Shown here one piece after another: positions 1-11,722 of a stretch of 64,000 nt of DNA (its first letter is position 1; each line of letters opens with the position of its first letter). Under the pieces are notes generated by a model. It made no database searches. It saw only the letters and a list, made by a program, of their open reading frames with translations, and was not told the DNA's origin. The stretch lies in the NCBI GenBank assembly GCA_019828565.1, contig JAHDYR010000050.1:59613-123612 (forward strand), given 5' to 3'. The translations under genes were made by a program, and so were the position numbers. The stretch comes from Carpediemonas membranifera BICM. Its lineage: Eukaryota > Protista > Fornicata.

Positions 1-259
1 GCAATGGGAAGAAGGCCATTACCAATTTCACGTGTCCGGATTGTGCTGCTGCTTCTGAATGCACCCGCTGCAAGGCTAAGATCAAATCGTCAAAGGGAAG
101 GGACTCTTTCTTCTTGCAACATGTGCAAATCTTGGTATTGCAAGCCATGCGGTGTGGCCATGTGGGAGACCTCGATTGATGGAACCGTTGCCAGGTTCTT
201 ATTTTTGCCAGGTCTGCAAGGAAAGCCTCCTGGCACTGAATCCGAGTCTGGCATTGTGA
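1..259 (+). pseudogene. 3' end of a PHD-finger-like (Cys-rich zinc finger) gene, frameshifted
   Basis: Stitching three frames gives FTCPDC...CTRC...CNMCKSWYCKPC...YFCQVC, stop at 257-259. This is the end of one finger plus a complete C-x2-C/C-x2-C/C-x2-C/F-C-x2-C finger. Confidence 0.55.
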
Positions 260-781
260 GAGTAAAGGAAGGAAGAAGCGATCCAGCCTTTATGTAATTT
301 AATCACTTGCGGCTTATCTACATACAGCGGCCGGCCGGGGTTAGCCACTCACTGGGGTCAACATCATCCCACGGCAGCAAAATTCGCTGCAGTAGATTGA
401 CTGTCGTCCCCGCTGGGGAAGGTGGGGAAGGTGTGGAGACGTTTCTATTACGCGTTTATTGGGCAATGTGGGTCAAACAACAATTTCTGCTGGTATTGGT
501 TTCTCATACAACGGCATCCATGGAAGAGTTGGTGTCCACCGCAGAATATTGTTGTACGCGTACCACCGTTTGTTGAGTGGGTTGAACAGCCAGTAAGTGC
601 TGGGGACTTATCCATCAGTGTCACTGCATATTTTTTGATGCCTCAAAGCGCGCAATAGCAGGAAACCCATGCGATTGTCTCGAAACCACAGTTTGTCTGC
701 TCCCGCCGTCTACTCGCACATAGATAAGGACGTTGTTGGGCAATAGCACAAACTTGGAAAGTGGGTACAACCTATACACCC

Positions 782-2036
782 TCATGTTCGCTGCAAGGAA
801 TCGGGTTTGGGTCCAAAAAATAGAGATCGGACAATGTTGGGGATGAGTCGGGATCTACCGATGAGATAGCAATCATTGCCAGATCTAACGATCATAAACC
901 TAGACTGTGCAACAAAGATGATTGCGTCGATCCAGACAGGTGTCCTCCTGAACCCCGGATGGGCGACATCCGTCATGTCATCAGCGGGAATATGACCAGT
1001 GGTATTACCGGTGAAGAACTGGGCTGGGACTATATTCTTTGTCTTGGATGCCCGGACCGTTCCGGACAAGATAACAAGTCCAGGCACGGCCCTGATCCCT
1101 CCAAGATTGACGGGAAGTTTCACCTTAGCAAAACGAAGAGAATCGGTGAGTGAGGGCCACATCGTGTCCAAACCAAGCCATCATATTAACGCCATACTCC
1201 TGAGAAGGCGCTGTAACGAGCACCCCGTGCATTGTGTGCAACATGATGTAAGTGTTGCAGTGGCAGTCAAGAACAAATCGATGCCTGCACCACAGATGCA
1301 TCTTGGCAAGCTTCTCAGCTATGGCTGCGGGGAAAACCGCCTGATGGACAGATGTAACACGAGCGAACCACAAGTTGCCAATGTAGAACGCCTTGCTGGT
1401 TGAGAAGAAGAAACACTTGCCATCAGACCAGAACCGCATGATCCGGTGACGGAATGAACGATGATTGTCGTGGAAGACAAACCCACAATAATGCACGAGC
1501 TCTGATGCATCATAGCTCTTGATGACAGTCCGATCTCTCTTAGCAACACTATGTGAAAACATGAACTTCCTGCACATGAACCAGAGAGCGCTCGAGTCAC
1601 CATCGGTCACCGTCCTCAGTATGGCCCACAACGTCCCTTGTATAAGCGTGTGAAGACGGTCGGGCAGCGATTCGCCTTCGCGAAGCTGAACATCCATGCT
1701 TAGCTGTGGATGGCTTCGCAGTTTGATGACGCGAGAGAGAATCCGGGCAACCTGCGATGCCTGATCCGAATTCTCAAGCTCTTGCGCGTGAAGACAAGCA
1801 AGCTGAAGCATGTCATCAAACGTCTCCAGGTCTTGAAAGATGTGATAGAAATGCGAACGCGCAGGGAACATAAAGAAGACCCTTGTGGCTTGTTCTAAAT
1901 AGCCCGGCAGGTTGTTGGGCAAAGTTTTGCACAGGACACAAGAGTTCCAGTAAAGGTCACAAACACTGAGCGACAATTGTCTGTGATTAGAATCAGTCAT
2001 GTTCCCCCTATAGCTGTTCTTAAACTGCACTGCCAA
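782..2036 (-). pseudogene. Lineage-specific family protein (degenerate RCC1/beta-propeller-like), frameshifted near 1150; paralogue of 48376-49905
   Basis: LSMDVQLREGESLPDRLHTLIQGTLWA..LWFMCRKFMF aligns with LSMNVELSPGDELPAAMHTLNQGAVWA..LRFLCRKFFF. ORF 782-1171 matches the C-half (VILS..GF..P..D..SG). The RCC1-like fold call is tentative. Confidence 0.6.
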
Positions 2037-2127
2037 AAATGAGGTGGAGAAAATGGCATCGACATTTTTTTACGTAGGACCAATATAAACAGCGAAAAAA
2101 ACGTAAAGGAAACAAAACTGGGAGGAC

Positions 2128-4701
2128 ATGCATATCTCCACACAAGCTACTTTGGTCATCTGGAGAATGACACCTTACGGTAACATTCTAGCACCATCAA
2201 GCGTTTCCGCCGTCAATGTCATTCTAGCAAACGTTTACACCTCGATCCAAGGACACCACGCTAATGGCATGGATCGACGGTTCCGTCAATGCGATAAGGA
2301 TTCGCGTTCGTTGTTCAAGGCTGTCTTGCTATCTCTAACTGATGGTGATATTGACAAGAGCATTCTTGATCCTGTCTTTGTTTCCTTGCTTGATGGTAAT
2401 ACGGATCGTTTTTCGACGTAACATATGTGCTACTGTCAGAGAGTACACACCAACATGGTCCCATGCCTTCTCACCTGCGTCGGACGAGAGAGATAGCTTG
2501 TGCGAGGACAACCACCTGCTACTCGAGAAGATTGAGAACACCGAGCATGCATTTCAGTTCGCAATGGCGCTCAAGCGGATCACTGAAGGTGTCAATGTCG
2601 TTGATGATGAGGTTACTGTCTTTAACGCGATCGCCAAAAGGCTGGGTATCCAGACCATGAAGTTTGATGTCTCACATTATGCTCTCAAAAGACCTTGGGT
2701 GTGATATTAGGAACGTGTTCGGAGTGAAAGAAGCCATGAAAGATCACGAGGCAGATTTTTTTCGAGAGTCTTGTACCAGACGAGATACACTGTTCGCACA
2801 ACACGTTTCGTTATGATCAAAACAACCAGAAGTTCCCTCTCGAACATACGACACGTTTCCCAATTGCAGCTGACGCAATAGGCTCCTTGCCGGTTCCGGT
2901 CAACAACTACTTACATGATGGAACGCACATTACTATCTTCTTCAACAGCGAAGATGAACGAGATCAATGTGTCTCCATGCTTTCCACCCTCAACCCCACC
3001 AAGTTGAAAAGCGATCGGTGGGCCTTTGTCAAGTCGGTTAAGTATAACATTTCCAGCCGTATTGCACGAGGCATTCAGTCACCACAGTATCTCGAGACAG
3101 CCAGAGATATTTGGTATGATACAACGACACATGTTAGCAGAGAAGCGCGTGTTGAAGCTAGCTACATTCCAGTTGACATTCTCATCTGGTTTGATGCATG
3201 GCGAGGGACTACGACCGCTGTCAAATTCAGGCTGATTGACATGACAGGAGAGGTCTTTCCGCAGAGAGTGACATCACCATTCAGACTGCTTGAGTACCAG
3301 GGAAAGGAGGATCTTTTGCCAACATACTTTGAGTATATTCAGTCTAACGTGGAAGAGGCAATCCAGAAGTCATTCCAAGTGCGAGAAACTGGAAGGTGGG
3401 CAAGAATCAACAGAGTATTGCTGATTGGTGACCACCCTGCCATGTCGACAGTTGTGGGCTCGCTGCAAGGAGGGCATTATCCATCGCCTTTCCAATCGAA
3501 TAGTAAGCGAAACATGGGTTGGATGCCGTTTGGCGCCACGTTCCGGACCACACTTCAGCACGTCCTCCAAGCCAAAGAAGGTAGTATTGCTGAATCTACA
3601 TCGGGTATTCCAGATCCTGCCGCGCACTGGGGCAGCTTTCTCCTGGCGACTGACCGAAGGCGTTCGTTGGAATACAGAAGAAGAAGGTTACGTCAAACTC
3701 TCTTTGAGGGATCGTCGATTGCTCCTGACAGTGTGTTTCTTATCCCCCCAATCATGCACTGTTGCCATCATTTCATGGGTCAGGTGGCCCTAATGGCGGG
3801 AATGTTCAAACCGCGGAATGACGGCTCACGAGAAGAGAACGCTCAGTGGGGACGTTATCTGCAATCTATCCAAGATTTCAAACCGCCAGATCGTACAACT
3901 GGGTGTAATGAGCATATGTTAGGCCGCAGGTTGATGGCCAACATGGCAACGACGTACTATCATGCGTTTCCTGTCTCTGTTCAGTCCATCTTCAGACTAA
4001 TGGGATATCTTTTTCTCCCATTATTACTCAACTGCGACAGTGACGGAAGATATCGTGTGGTGGCATCGAGTTGCTGCACTGTTGGTCCACTTACTCCATG
4101 TAAGCCTCTCCTTGGTCACTGATAAGCCCATCCCGGTTCCCACACCATCCGAGGCAAAAATCAATGCGGCCATTCACTCAGACGCTATATAGCAATGCAA
4201 TTGTCGCAACCATTCCCGAGATACAAGCCGCAACAATGCTTCCTTTTTGGTGTCATCATTGAGGAGTACTTCGAGAGAGACTTCATTGGCAACCAGGATG
4301 CTCGTGTACATTTGAGGAGGAACACAGTTCTGCAGCAAGTTATTCTGAGAGAACAAGCGGAGATGTTCTATCGGTTCCTGCGCGGTCCTGTATCTTATGG
4401 TCGACGTGAGGGCCACGTACCACTTCTTTCCCCTCTGATCAGCCTCCGAGTACACAAATGTTGCAAAGATCACGCTCAATGGATTCGTATTCAACAGGAT
4501 ATGACAGAAACGTTGCCAAAGTCTGATGTCAACGATCTGAATAGAAAATTCGAGCAGAACGTCGCTCATTTGTGGGAAAGCATGCTGAGACGAGCGCGAA
4601 AGTCATGGAACAATGAAGACTGGCTGTTTATCAAGGTTCGGGATGATCGTGAGAACGGTGTTCGTCTTGACGTGTGTCTATGCAGAGAAGGCTGTCCATA
4701 A
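2128..4701 (+). pseudogene. DDE transposase, CMC (Chapaev/Transib/RAG1-like) type, several frameshifts
   Basis: ORFs 2128-2421, 2342-2704, 2887-4122 and 4195-4701 are collinear with 36004-38589. Motifs: IWFDAW (D1), IGDHPAM..VG (D2), PPIMH, IEEYFER (E). At least two breaks are homopolymer indels (~2410, ~2690). Confidence 0.65.
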
Positions 4702-5295
4702 ATCGTAGTTGTATTTAGCGGGGGAGACAATAATCAACCACACGCCCGACCAAGCAGGAAAGTGACGCCCCTGGGATTGACGGGGGGAAACCCCGCATAT
4801 TCCGGCAGCAAAACTTCGCTGAAACGGAACCACATAATTACTTGACTGATTTTGGATCTTAGAGAAGACTTGACGCGCATAAACTCAGGTTGATCGTCAA
4901 GATCTCCGAAAGGAACGCAACTGCTGCCTAAATCACCTTTTATCATTATTAGTCGGTTCAGCTTTTTTTCTCGCAAGTCCGTCATCATTTCGTGACATAA
5001 TCCGCGGGATCCGTAGCGAACGATGACTCCTCGGAAAAAAACACATAGTTGTGCTCTACACTTGACCTACATTCCAAATATTCACTTTGTTCTTTCCAAC
5101 GGCTCAGTTTTGTCATGCGTTGACCGACCAAGAATGTGAGCGTACACTGACACTATTGGTTGCATGATGTGAAACATCGTGTATTGCGTACATGAACAAA
5201 GTTTTAAGCTGTTATGACTCGTATTCGTTGAGATATGGCTGTTTGTTCATACGCCTAAAAATGCACACATGGTCAAATCTGTCGAAACAAAAAAA

Positions 5296-5428
5296 GAATT
5301 GGGAATATCTCGGGAATGACACGTTTCCGTTTTTCAAAAATCGGGCAAGCCCAACGAATGATAGTATGGGATCGCCTGCATCATTTGCAAAAAACGGAAA
5401 CGTGTCAATCTCTAGATATCGCCAATTC
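5296..5428. repeat. 133-bp imperfect palindrome
   Basis: gaattgggaatatctcgggaatgacacgtttccgttttt... pairs with ...aaaaacggaaacgtgtcaatctctagatatcgccaattc. Inner arms ggcaagccca/tgggatcgcc enclose a ~13-nt loop. Confidence 0.85.
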
Positions 5429-5572
5429 TGCATAAAAACTTTTTTTTGCAAGGCATAGAACTCTACACTGTGAGCACTAGTGTATTAGTGCTTGCAGAAG
5501 CGGTTACTTGAGTCGATGAAGTATACGCACATGACATAATTAATTAAAACAGTTTAATATTGAGTGAGCCAC

Positions 5573-5654
5573 CAGGAATTTCCCTTATCCAATCAGGGAA
5601 TTTCCTCGGGGGAAAGCCCGAGGAAATTCCCCTACCCAATAAGGGAAATTCCTG
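5573..5654. repeat. 82-bp hairpin built from four GGAAWTTCC/GGAATTTCC-like units
   Basis: caggaatttcccttat/ataagggaaattcctg (16 bp perfect) and gggaatttcctcggg/cccgaggaaattccc (15 bp perfect), loop ggaaag. Confidence 0.9.
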
Positions 5655-6779
5655 CACCCTGGACAGTATGGGTGTGGACATGTAGGTCAGACTTGATCTG
5701 GAAGAGGGGTTCGAAGACCTTGTTGGTGAGGACAGAGATCACGGCATGCAACTCTTGTTCGTATGTTGACCAATTCGACATGGTCTTGTCGTAGGTCTTC
5801 TGGAAACAGGCCAGAATTGAGCGAGTACCGTCCTCCTCATCTTGTATTAGCACGCCTCCTTCGCCAAGTGATGAAGCGTCGGTGTAAATGTGCCAGGGTC
5901 TATCGAGGTCTGGGTATGTTAGGCTGATGTGAAGCGCCAACTGGGACTTGATGTCGTCAAAAGCAGTCAGTTGTCGTCGCGTTTGGCAACGCGGAGGGCA
6001 AGGCGCTGGAGATCATCCATGGCGGTGGGCTTGCGTTCAGCCTTCTTGAACTTCATGACCTCCTTGAAGGGCTTCGGACGTAGGTTGTCGGTGAAGATCC
6101 TCATAGTCTTTCAGAAAGCCTGAGGGGGATTGAGGATCGGGATCGTCGTCATCAGGGGCATCACCGTCGACGTGCCTTACAGGGACGATGGCTGCTTCTT
6201 CGTAGTCGCTGTCGGAGCTGCTGTCGGATTCGGAGTCGGAGTCGTTGTCGTCATCACGTTGTAGTACGGTGTGCAGGTTAAAAACCTCGTTGAAGCGGTG
6301 GATATAGTCTCGGACTAGAACGATTCTAGACTTCTTGTGCGTTGCGTCTACGGCACAGACAATCTTATCGAGACGTTCCTTGAGTGAGAGTAGGTCTCTT
6401 GGAGCGATCAGACGCTCGATGAGGTGACCCACCTCTTCGTCAGTGAGCGTGTCCAGATCGGCATCGAACTGGAGCTCGAGGGCGTTGTAGAGGTCGTCGT
6501 TTAAAAACAGGGAGATCTTGGCCTCGGGGTAGTATACCTGGAACTTTCTGAATGAGCGCTTGGCGGCCCGCCAAGAGTCGGCGGAAAGACCGGCCAAGGG
6601 GATACTGGGCTGCTCTATGGGAGTAGGCAACACCATGATGGAGAGTATTTATACTGTGCTCGAGAGGACGGAAAAACAACTTGGTGCTTTAGTCAAAGAG
6701 AAGTCGACACAACAGTGTCGACCGGAATGGCGGATCGAATCGCCAATCAAATAAAATATTTGATTGGCACACTGCCACA
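5655..6779 (-). mobile_element. Ty3/gypsy element F, internally deleted remnant (5' LTR, gag, RNase H fragment)
   Basis: LTR-like 6655-6779 (TGTG...CACA). Gag 6636->~5965 is homologous to the gag of 11723-15697 and is joined to RNase H (IYTDASSLGEGGVL..WSTYEQELHA). Truncated near 5660. Confidence 0.8.
6655..6779 (-). repeat. 5' LTR of element F (125 bp, no partner visible)
   Basis: TG...CA ends with TGTG/CACA inverted termini. It interrupts the 7118 gag ORF, and F's gag ATG lies 18 nt downstream. Confidence 0.7.
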
Positions 6780-7118
6780 GAGGTCGTCCTGTAGGAGATC
6801 GATGATCGCCCTGTGGCGCAAGCGAACTACGTCACCCCAGGGGGTGGATTTCGGCTTCGGATCGGAACCCTGCGCGATGACGTCGGGAGTGAGGGCATCC
6901 CACATCCAGGAGAACGTGGGGTATGCCTCTGTGGGGCGCCATGCGGCCTCTAGCAGTTCGACGGACTCTGGGGTCCACGCGTGCAGGAACGTCCGCGGAC
7001 GTCTAACGTTGAAGACTTCGCGGTGCCATACCTCGTAGCCTGCAAGCAAGGAAGGGATGTCCTTAACTATTAGACTGGTGTGTGCGTCAGTGGAGGCAGA
7101 GTATCGATATTGTGCCAT
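6780..7118 (-). pseudogene. Probable gag N-terminus of a tandem A-family element, interrupted by element F
   Basis: ATG lies 25 nt after the 7144 LTR end and palindrome. The ORF runs into F's LTR at 6779. Confidence 0.55.
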
Positions 7119-7143
7119 GTTGTTGTGGTCTGTTTACATAAAC

Positions 7144-7195
7144 TGCGGCAGGGTGACTTAGTGGAGTCGATCAGGGTGACTTCAATGACTCGACA
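7144..7195 (-). repeat. Putative 52-bp LTR of element A family
   Basis: TGTCGA...GCCGCA, directly preceded by PPT gagaggggaag and followed by palindrome + ATG. Contains an internal 11-bp direct repeat, cagggtgactt. Confidence 0.6.
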
Positions 7196-8082
7196 CTTCC
7201 CCTCTCATGATCGACTACCGTGAACCTTTGCCGCGAAACTTGCGCTTATAGGCGGCGAACTGAAGTTCGTACGACGGATGTTCCGCGAGGTAGACGTCAA
7301 GGGCGGCTAGCTGGTCGTAATACGCGTTGTAGGGAATGTATGAGTTCTCGGACACCTCAAGCCCAGTCCAGTGGACCAAAAGCTCGATCTTACCGCGGCG
7401 GACGCGGTGGCTGACGATGTAGTCAACCTGCTGTTCATCCTGCTCGTAGGCGGCGATGCGCTCGAGTGCCTCAAGGCTGATCTCGCCGCGATGGAAACGA
7501 ACGAGACGGTCCTGGTGGACGACGATCTCTGCCTTCGTGACGAGATCACGAATCCGGAATGCGTTGGGGCTCTTCCCTCCCCCAAGCATTATAAGGGGCC
7601 CCCGAAGAGGCGGGAGGAGCTTCGGAGCCCTGGAGGGGTACCTCAGCAGGACGAGTTCCTCGCGGGCCCAGTCGATCTTCTCAGTTGGCTGTGCCGACTC
7701 GTTGACACGCTCATATGCCTTGATGCGAGCGCGCGCTTGCTCGTGAATCGCCAGTACGTCCGAGTGGAACGTCTTGATGGCCGTATGGACGTCTGTGTGT
7801 CCTTCCTGTTGCGTTGCGTTGATGAGAGCGGTTGCTCCGATCTGAGTAAGAGCCGATGTGTGCGAAAAGAGGATGTTGAATGGCGAGAATCCCGTAGTGG
7901 AATGTTCTGTTGAGTTGATAACGTGCTGAACGATCGGGATGAGTGAAAGCCAGTTCTTTGTCTCGCTGTCGAGCAACAGGGCCCGAAGTCTACGAGCAAT
8001 GGTGCCGTTTGCACGTTCCACCACGCCGTTGCTTTGGGGGTGGTACGCAGTGCTGAATCTGTGCTGCAATGAGAGGCGCTTG

Positions 8083-8209
8083 TGTTGTAGGCGCGCGGGG
8101 GTAGAACAACAACGAACAATGCGAAGTGTTTAACAACAAAAGACAAATCAAGACCAGATCGTAATCAGATCAGGAATAAATATATGCATGGATCTAAAGA
8201 TCCACGACA
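8083..8209 (-). repeat. 3' LTR of element B
   Basis: Identical to 11238-11364; TGTCGT...ACAACA. Confidence 0.95.
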
Positions 8210-11200
8210 CTTCCCTCCCATGGTCAGTAATTGGGCGCCACTGAGCTATGGTGAGCCCAGTTGCTCCCTCGGGATGCTCTAAGGGGGAAATCAGGATCAA
8301 AATCTCGTCAGCAATCAATTGATGACGACATCCAACGAGTTTTCCTATTGCTGGAAGTAATGCCAGTTGAATGAGCACGATCCCAACAAGAGCGCGAAAA
8401 TGGCCCTTAGAAGGCCCAACGAGGCCTCAATGGCGAGTTCTCGCTATTTTCGCTTTCTTCCCTCCGTTCGAGCTCGTAGCCGCCTAAGATCTCAACGACG
8501 AGCCATATAAGTAATCAATATCAAGTAGTTAGCCGTATAGAAGCGGTATCCACCACCAGTTACTTAGTTATGTTCAAATTAGTTAGTTTTCGGATGGTGG
8601 TGGCGGTGAAAGCGGTAGAGAACGAAGAAACAGAGGTCCATTTACGTGCAGTATGGACATGTTGCGGCTATGATGATGGCTTAAGCCACCACTTGTACCG
8701 TCTTAAGTTCTTCTTGAGCCTGGGGTGAGCGGCAAGGTACGCTTCGAACGCCTCGAGCTGATCCATAGACTTATCGAACTCGTTCCATGTGGAGTCGGCG
8801 TCATCGTACCCCTCATACGCGACGGACAGTTGCAGCCGTCCAGCTCGGATAGTGCTCCATCGTCTTTGTGTCGACGAGAGAGTCTTGGCAAAATATGCGA
8901 CGGGTTTTCCCTCGGAGTTGGTCAGCACACCGCCTATCCCGACGTCAGAAGCGTCTGTAAATAAATGCAGTGCCTCTCTGGGACGTGGGTGGACTAGGAC
9001 TTCCTCGTTCAAGAGGCGGTCCTTGATCCAGGTTGAGGCAGCGTCCTGCTCCTGTCCCCAGTCAAACTTGGATGCCCTCGTGAGTGAGATAAGGGGTTCC
9101 ATCCTCGTTGCGTAGTCGGGTAGGAGAGCGCGGAAGTAGTTAGCTAGACCAATGAGGGCGCGGAGACCAGTGAGAGATGTCGCGGGGCGTAGGGCCTTAA
9201 TGGCGTCGAGGCGATCAGAGGAGACCCGCTTACCGTGTGCGTCAATGTGCCAGCCCAGATAGTCTATCTCCGTGGCGGAGAACACAGACTTCGCTAGATT
9301 GAGCTTCAGGCCATGCCTGGAAAGGCGAGACAGCACATCTTGAAGGTTTGCGAGGTATTCCTCTGGATCGGCCGAAAACTACTATATCATCGATGTAGAC
9401 CAAGCACTTAGTGTAGAGTGCACCGCCCATAGCCTTCTCAAGAGCCCGCTGCATGTGAATAGGCGCGTTTTTCAGCCCAAAGGGCATACGGCAGTATTGC
9501 AGCTTTTTCTTTCCAGCTGTAAAAGCTGTGAGAGGCCTAGAATGGGGGTCAATCTCAACCTGGTGAAATGCTTTTGTGAGGTCCAAGGCAGCGAAAAACT
9601 GCATGCCCTCGAGATGAGACACGAGGTCATCGATCAATGGTAGGGGATGTATAAGGTCCAGGGTGACCTTGTTGAGCTCCCGAAAGTCCAGACACATCCT
9701 GGCTTCACCGTTGCGTTTGCCAGCCATGACAATAGGGTTGTTGTATGGGGAGTCAGACGGCTCCAGGACTCGTAGAGACTCTAGGGTGTCTGTTTGACGA
9801 TGAATCTCTTTCATCACGGAGTCGGAGTATCTGTATGGATAACGGTTGATGACTTGGGCATCCTTGGTGCGTATGGTGAAGGGATCTAGGAGAGATGGGG
9901 ACGAAATGTCGCCGGTGACGTCGTACTTCTTCAGTAGCCTTTGGATCTCTTCTCTAAATAGTTCGATCCGCGGCTCATCGGGTTCTTCCGCCATGGCGTC
10001 CAGTTCCATGTCCTCCCTCGTCATCCAGGATGGAGATGTCGGAGACCTCTGGGATCTCGAAAAGGCCTGTGTTCCGTAACGTGGGGAAGCCAATGACGGC
10101 GTCGAAATCAAGGTTTGGGAGGATGATAAACTTGATATCGGCTGTCAGGTCGTGGCCTGTCACGGAGGGAAAGTGGACTGAGAGTTGCGCGATATGGGTG
10201 CACACAACAATCTGTCCGGTGGCTAGCCTGATACGATGGCGCTCTGGATTGAGCGTGACACCGATTGACTTCGCGAGGGCTAGGCTGAGGAAATTCGCGG
10301 TGGCTCCAGTGTCGTATAGTGCCATGACCTTGTGGTCCCCGAGGTGAATTGGGTAGATTGGTCGATCACGCACATCGGTGCACGAATGGGCTTCATCAAT
10401 AGCGTCCAGGTAATCTTCAGTCAACTCAAGGCAGGGCTGATCTTTTAATTCAGCTTCTGCCTTGGTCTCGTACCGAACGCGTTCCTGCTCCTTGGCCTGT
10501 CTGAGGGAGAGCTGCATCGTCTTGCGCATACTGCGCTTGTCGGCCTCGGTCTTGCACCTTTGGCGCAGACGGGCGTCGCTGATGTTCGATAGGAATTTGG
10601 TTACGCAGATGAGACTCCTTGGGGCGAACGTCACAGCAGTTTTGCAGGGTACGGCGGTACAGCAGACAGTAGTGCATCATGTTCTCGTATAGCTCGCGGC
10701 CCTTCGAAAAGCTTATATCGTTGAAGCGATCGAGGGCACTCTGCTTGTCACGGGGCTTGAAGATACGGTTGACGGCGTCAATAAAGAACTTGTTGAGATG
10801 CTGGGCTGAAGCGTAAAGCATCGTCGGATCGTTCATGTCGGACTCGTGGGAGAAGATAGAGTCGATGGAGACGTGGTCAGGAGCTTCGGAGGAGGAAGAG
10901 GAAGAGGCGGAGGATGAAGAATCACTGGAGCTGTCGTCGTCGAGAGCTTGTTCTTCTGCCGGAGGCGGAAGAAAGAGAAGTGGATCTCGAGGCTGGGCCT
11001 GAGGGCGTTGGCGTCGGAGGGCTACGTAACGCATCAAGCGTCGAACGTCTTCACTTTCAAGGGCGAAAGTCTCAAGCACAGTGCGTGCAACGCACTCGTA
11101 TATCGGCGCAGGATCGCGTGCTCGAACGGCGTAAAGGTGTAGCTTTCTCTGAAGGAGTACCAGCCCTTTGCCTTAGTGGACGACAGGTATGGGGCGAAAT

Positions 11201-11237
11201 AATTCGTTAGTTGCTCAATGTTCATCAGTAATATTAC

Positions 11238-11364
11238 TGTTGTAGGCGCGCGGGGGTAGAACAACAACGAACAATGCGAAGTGTTTAACAACAAAAGACA
11301 AATCAAGACCAGATCGTAATCAGATCAGGAATAAATATATGCATGGATCTAAAGATCCACGACA
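11238..11364 (-). repeat. 5' LTR of element B
   Basis: Identical to 8083-8209. Confidence 0.95.
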
Positions 11365-11430
11365 GCTTGTTGAGCTCGTCGATCACTGCGTTCTTAAACT
11401 GCGTCCCCTGGTCGCTCTGTATGCAGAGGG

Positions 11431-11559
11431 TGTGAAGGGTGCACTGCTTTATATGGCGACACCAATTGTGTCGAGTCGAGACGGCCATGACCGTATCGAG
11501 ATCAGGGGATTATATGTAGAGGGTAATTATATGTATATATATTATATGTATATATCACA
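11431..11559 (-). repeat. 3' LTR of element C
   Basis: TGTGA...TCACA; matches 15728-15857. Confidence 0.95.
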
Positions 11560-11722
11560 CTACCCCCTCCCCACCCAAAAAAATAAATCCTCACTCCTGA
11601 GAAAAAAAAATCCAGGGCAAATCTCTGACCCTTGACGTAATCGTCCAGAAGTCGGCGGATAGTCCAGGAGTCGATAAATCGTCGAGGAGTCCGCAACAAC
11701 GAAGTTCGTCGTCGACATTTCC

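Larger units (their letters stand above)
8083..11364 (-). mobile_element. Ty3/gypsy element B, 3282 bp, integrase deleted, 5-bp TSD GCTTG
   Basis: Identical 127-bp LTRs. TSD at 8078-8082 and 11365-11369, PPT at 8210-8220. Contains gag, YDTGAT protease, YIDD RT and FTDAS RNase H fused (~8848) to a chromodomain tail. Several frameshifts. Confidence 0.95.

Noticed and set aside
5575-5652. NF-kB-like sites (GGGAATTTCC)
   Set aside because: No evidence of an animal host. The match follows from the hairpin's quasi-palindromic unit.
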